Source: Vicugna vicugna
Taxonomy: Eukaryota
DNA: 64,000 nt
Direction of reading: 5' to 3'
NCBI GenBank assembly: GCA_013265495.1
Contig: MU063753.1
Location: 1,345,737 to 1,409,736 of the forward strand
Shown: positions 61,610 through 64,000 of the stretch, piece after piece
Numbering within the stretch: the first letter of the stretch is position 1
Layout: each line of letters begins with the position of its first letter
Position numbers and translations under genes: made by a program
Notes under the pieces: generated by a model
Told to the model about the DNA's origin: nothing
What the model saw: the letters and a program-made list of their open reading frames with translations, nothing else
Databases searched by the model: none

Positions 61610-64000
61610 CTCAGCCCCGAACTGGGGCTATTCCCGGGCATCCGTTTCATCACTCTGTGGCCCATTTCCTTAGCTTGGTGCTCCAAAGCTGGAAGGACCG
61701 ATGTGAAGCGAGGTGGTGAAGATTCTTGACTTTAGGGCCCGAAATTTAACCTTTCTGAGCCTCAGTCTCATCTATAAAATGAAGAGGTGGTGATACCACA
61801 CAGGGTTGTTGTGATGATTCAAGAAGATAGAGTATCTAGGGGAGGAAACTAGGGCAGGAGGAAAGGCAAGCAGAACAGACTTAGCCCCTGGAGCGGGTGG
61901 TAATTTTTCCCTAGAATCAGGTCAGGGCTGAGATTCCCCTCCCTCACATCACACACAAAATAATCTATAGAAGCTTACTGGTAGGGAAAAGAAAGGGGCT
62001 TGGAGTCTGGAAACTTTGTTCAAGCCCTTGCTTTGCTATTTGCTGGCTGTAGAGCCTAGTCATTTAAAGCCTCTGTTTACTTATCTGTAAAATGGGGATA
62101 TTGCTTGCTGCTGCATCTCTGGCCAAGATAATGAAAATGTAAGCTTTGTATCTTCTTCTATGCAGACTTCAGTAGAAAAGGGAAAGCTAAACTATAAGGT
62201 CATTCTATTTAGACCAAGGAAAGTAACTTGGATAGCAGCCAATATATCTAGAATGCTCCAACCGGCTTTCAAGGTCTGGTCTACAAGCAGCAGCCTGACC
62301 ACCTGCTGTCTGTCTCTTTCTTTCCTACCCCTGTGCTCTAAGAACACTAAACGACTCACTGTTGAAATCTCAGCAGAGGGAAATGAGACGTGCAAGCAGT
62401 TCGGTGTGGGTGGAGCATGGGACACAAGGTGTGAGTTGATATATGGGTTGGGAGAAAAGGCAAGGAAGATGATACCCTCAGTTTTGCATATGTTAGATCT
62501 AAGGTACATGTGGGACATCTTTGAAGGTAGCAACTAACTCTTACTAGGTTTACAACCTCAGTACCTAGTGCAGCTTCTGGCAGATATCTGTCAACTGACT
62601 GACTCAGCCAACTAGATTTTATTGAGACAGCCTATGTGCCCTGCTTTGTGCTGAAGGGAAGGCACAGAGAAGTTCTAGGTTTGGTCGCAGCCTGGAGGCA
62701 GAGGGATCGAAACTGCCTTTTGAGAATTTGTCCTCTGGTCCACAGAAGTCTGAAATGGTTGCTGTATCAGTCCAAGTTCTTGGTTACAAATGACAGATAC
62801 GTTTAAGCAGAAAATCACTTTACTAGAAGGATTTGGGGGCATAGAATCCATGGGATGTTGGGAATATATGCTTGGAAAATGAGTCTTCTTTATTTAGATA
62901 AGATTTCTTACTTAACAGACCCTCCCCATGGCTTATTGTAGTAGGTGGTATATGGGGGCAACCAGGAGGTGACTTTGTCTCAAGAACTGGGATAAAGTTA
63001 AGTAAATTGTCTTCTGAGAGTTAAACTGCTCCTTCACTTTGAAAACTTGGTCTTCTTCACCAGACTATAAGCTCAATATGGGCAGGGACAACAAGGGTCA
63101 GTCTTGTTGACCATTGTAACTTCAGGGCTTAGCACAGAGCCTGGTCCATCATGGGTGCTTTGTAAATGTGTTACCTGTTTGACTGGACACAATGCTTTAA
63201 AGTTAAGATATACCAACTTACCTGATGGAGACAAAATAACTGTCAGGCCCAGTCAGACTTTAACCTGAACAAAGGTACTACTGCAGCTAACGAGCAGAAG
63301 GTGCCAGTCAGGAGGGGTCTGGACAGCCAAGGAAGCAGAGATCAAGAAGAGTTGTCAAGGCAATCACCAGAGTGTCCATTCTAGCACTGCCTGGAGACCC
63401 AAGGTGATGGTCCAGGAACAAGGGAGATGGAGGCATCATTCTCTGAAACCACCCAATTTACTCCCTATTTCACTTGTGCTTGGGATCACCAAGCAACCCA
63501 TTGAAAACTCCTCTGTTCCCTGTGTAGATCCGCCCACGGGGAGAGAATGCACTGATCAGTGAACAAGAAGATCCAGTCTGCTTCAAAGCCCTGCTTCCCC
63601 TTATAACTTAATGAATTGGCATCTGATTTGAAATATCAGTCTCATGAGCCCTGTTAGTGTGTGTCTGTTCCACAGAGATGCTGCTGCTTTTAGGGCTAAC
63701 AGCTCTGGTCTCTGAGTGATGTCTGGACTCAGGATGGTCATGAATTCACCAAGGAAACAAAAGCTACCCTAGGGACACTCAGTTTTTCTGCAGTTTTTTT
63801 TTTAAACCAATTAAAAACATAAATTTCTGCAATTTTAAATTCCATTTATTTTTCTTAAAGTATATTTTGAATCAAAATAATACATATACATAGTTTTTCA
63901 AAATCAACTAAGTATAAGACAAAGTTTAAAAAAAAAAAGGTAGTCTTCTGCCTTGCCCTCACCACCCCTGATTCCCACTCCCCTCAAAGGCAACTATTGG

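Overview
Mammalian genomic DNA, almost certainly from a camelid: it carries seven copies of a tRNA-Ala-derived Vic-1-like SINE. It is a draft assembly with six N gaps. Two protein-coding genes lie in tandem on the minus strand, in the same order as on human 1p34. TRIT1 (tRNA isopentenyltransferase) has 11 coding exons from 46153 down to 9510, totalling 1410 nt (469 aa); I read every splice junction from the sequence. MYCL (L-Myc) has its main CDS at 60572-60077 plus 57142-56544 (364 aa). Features the ORF track does not show: (1) TRIT1 intron 2 is a U12-type AT-AC intron. (2) Inside it lies a candidate U2-type 183-nt exon that is in frame for an exon1-X-exon4 bypass, and inverted SINE pairs flank exon 2. 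This bypass is the most novel hypothesis here and is untested. (3) A full-length disabled RPL39 processed pseudogene sits in TRIT1 intron 4. (4) MYCL keeps the signals for several alternative products: an exon-1 AUG extension, an in-frame intron-1 CUG in strong context, and an intron-2 read-through with an intronic poly(A) signal. Its promoter also has two G-quadruplex motifs and a consensus CTCF site. The rest is ordinary L1/L2/MIR/MaLR/MER repeat DNA. Repeat family names and human comparisons come from recalled consensus sequences, not database searches. There is no evidence of a prokaryote-type system.
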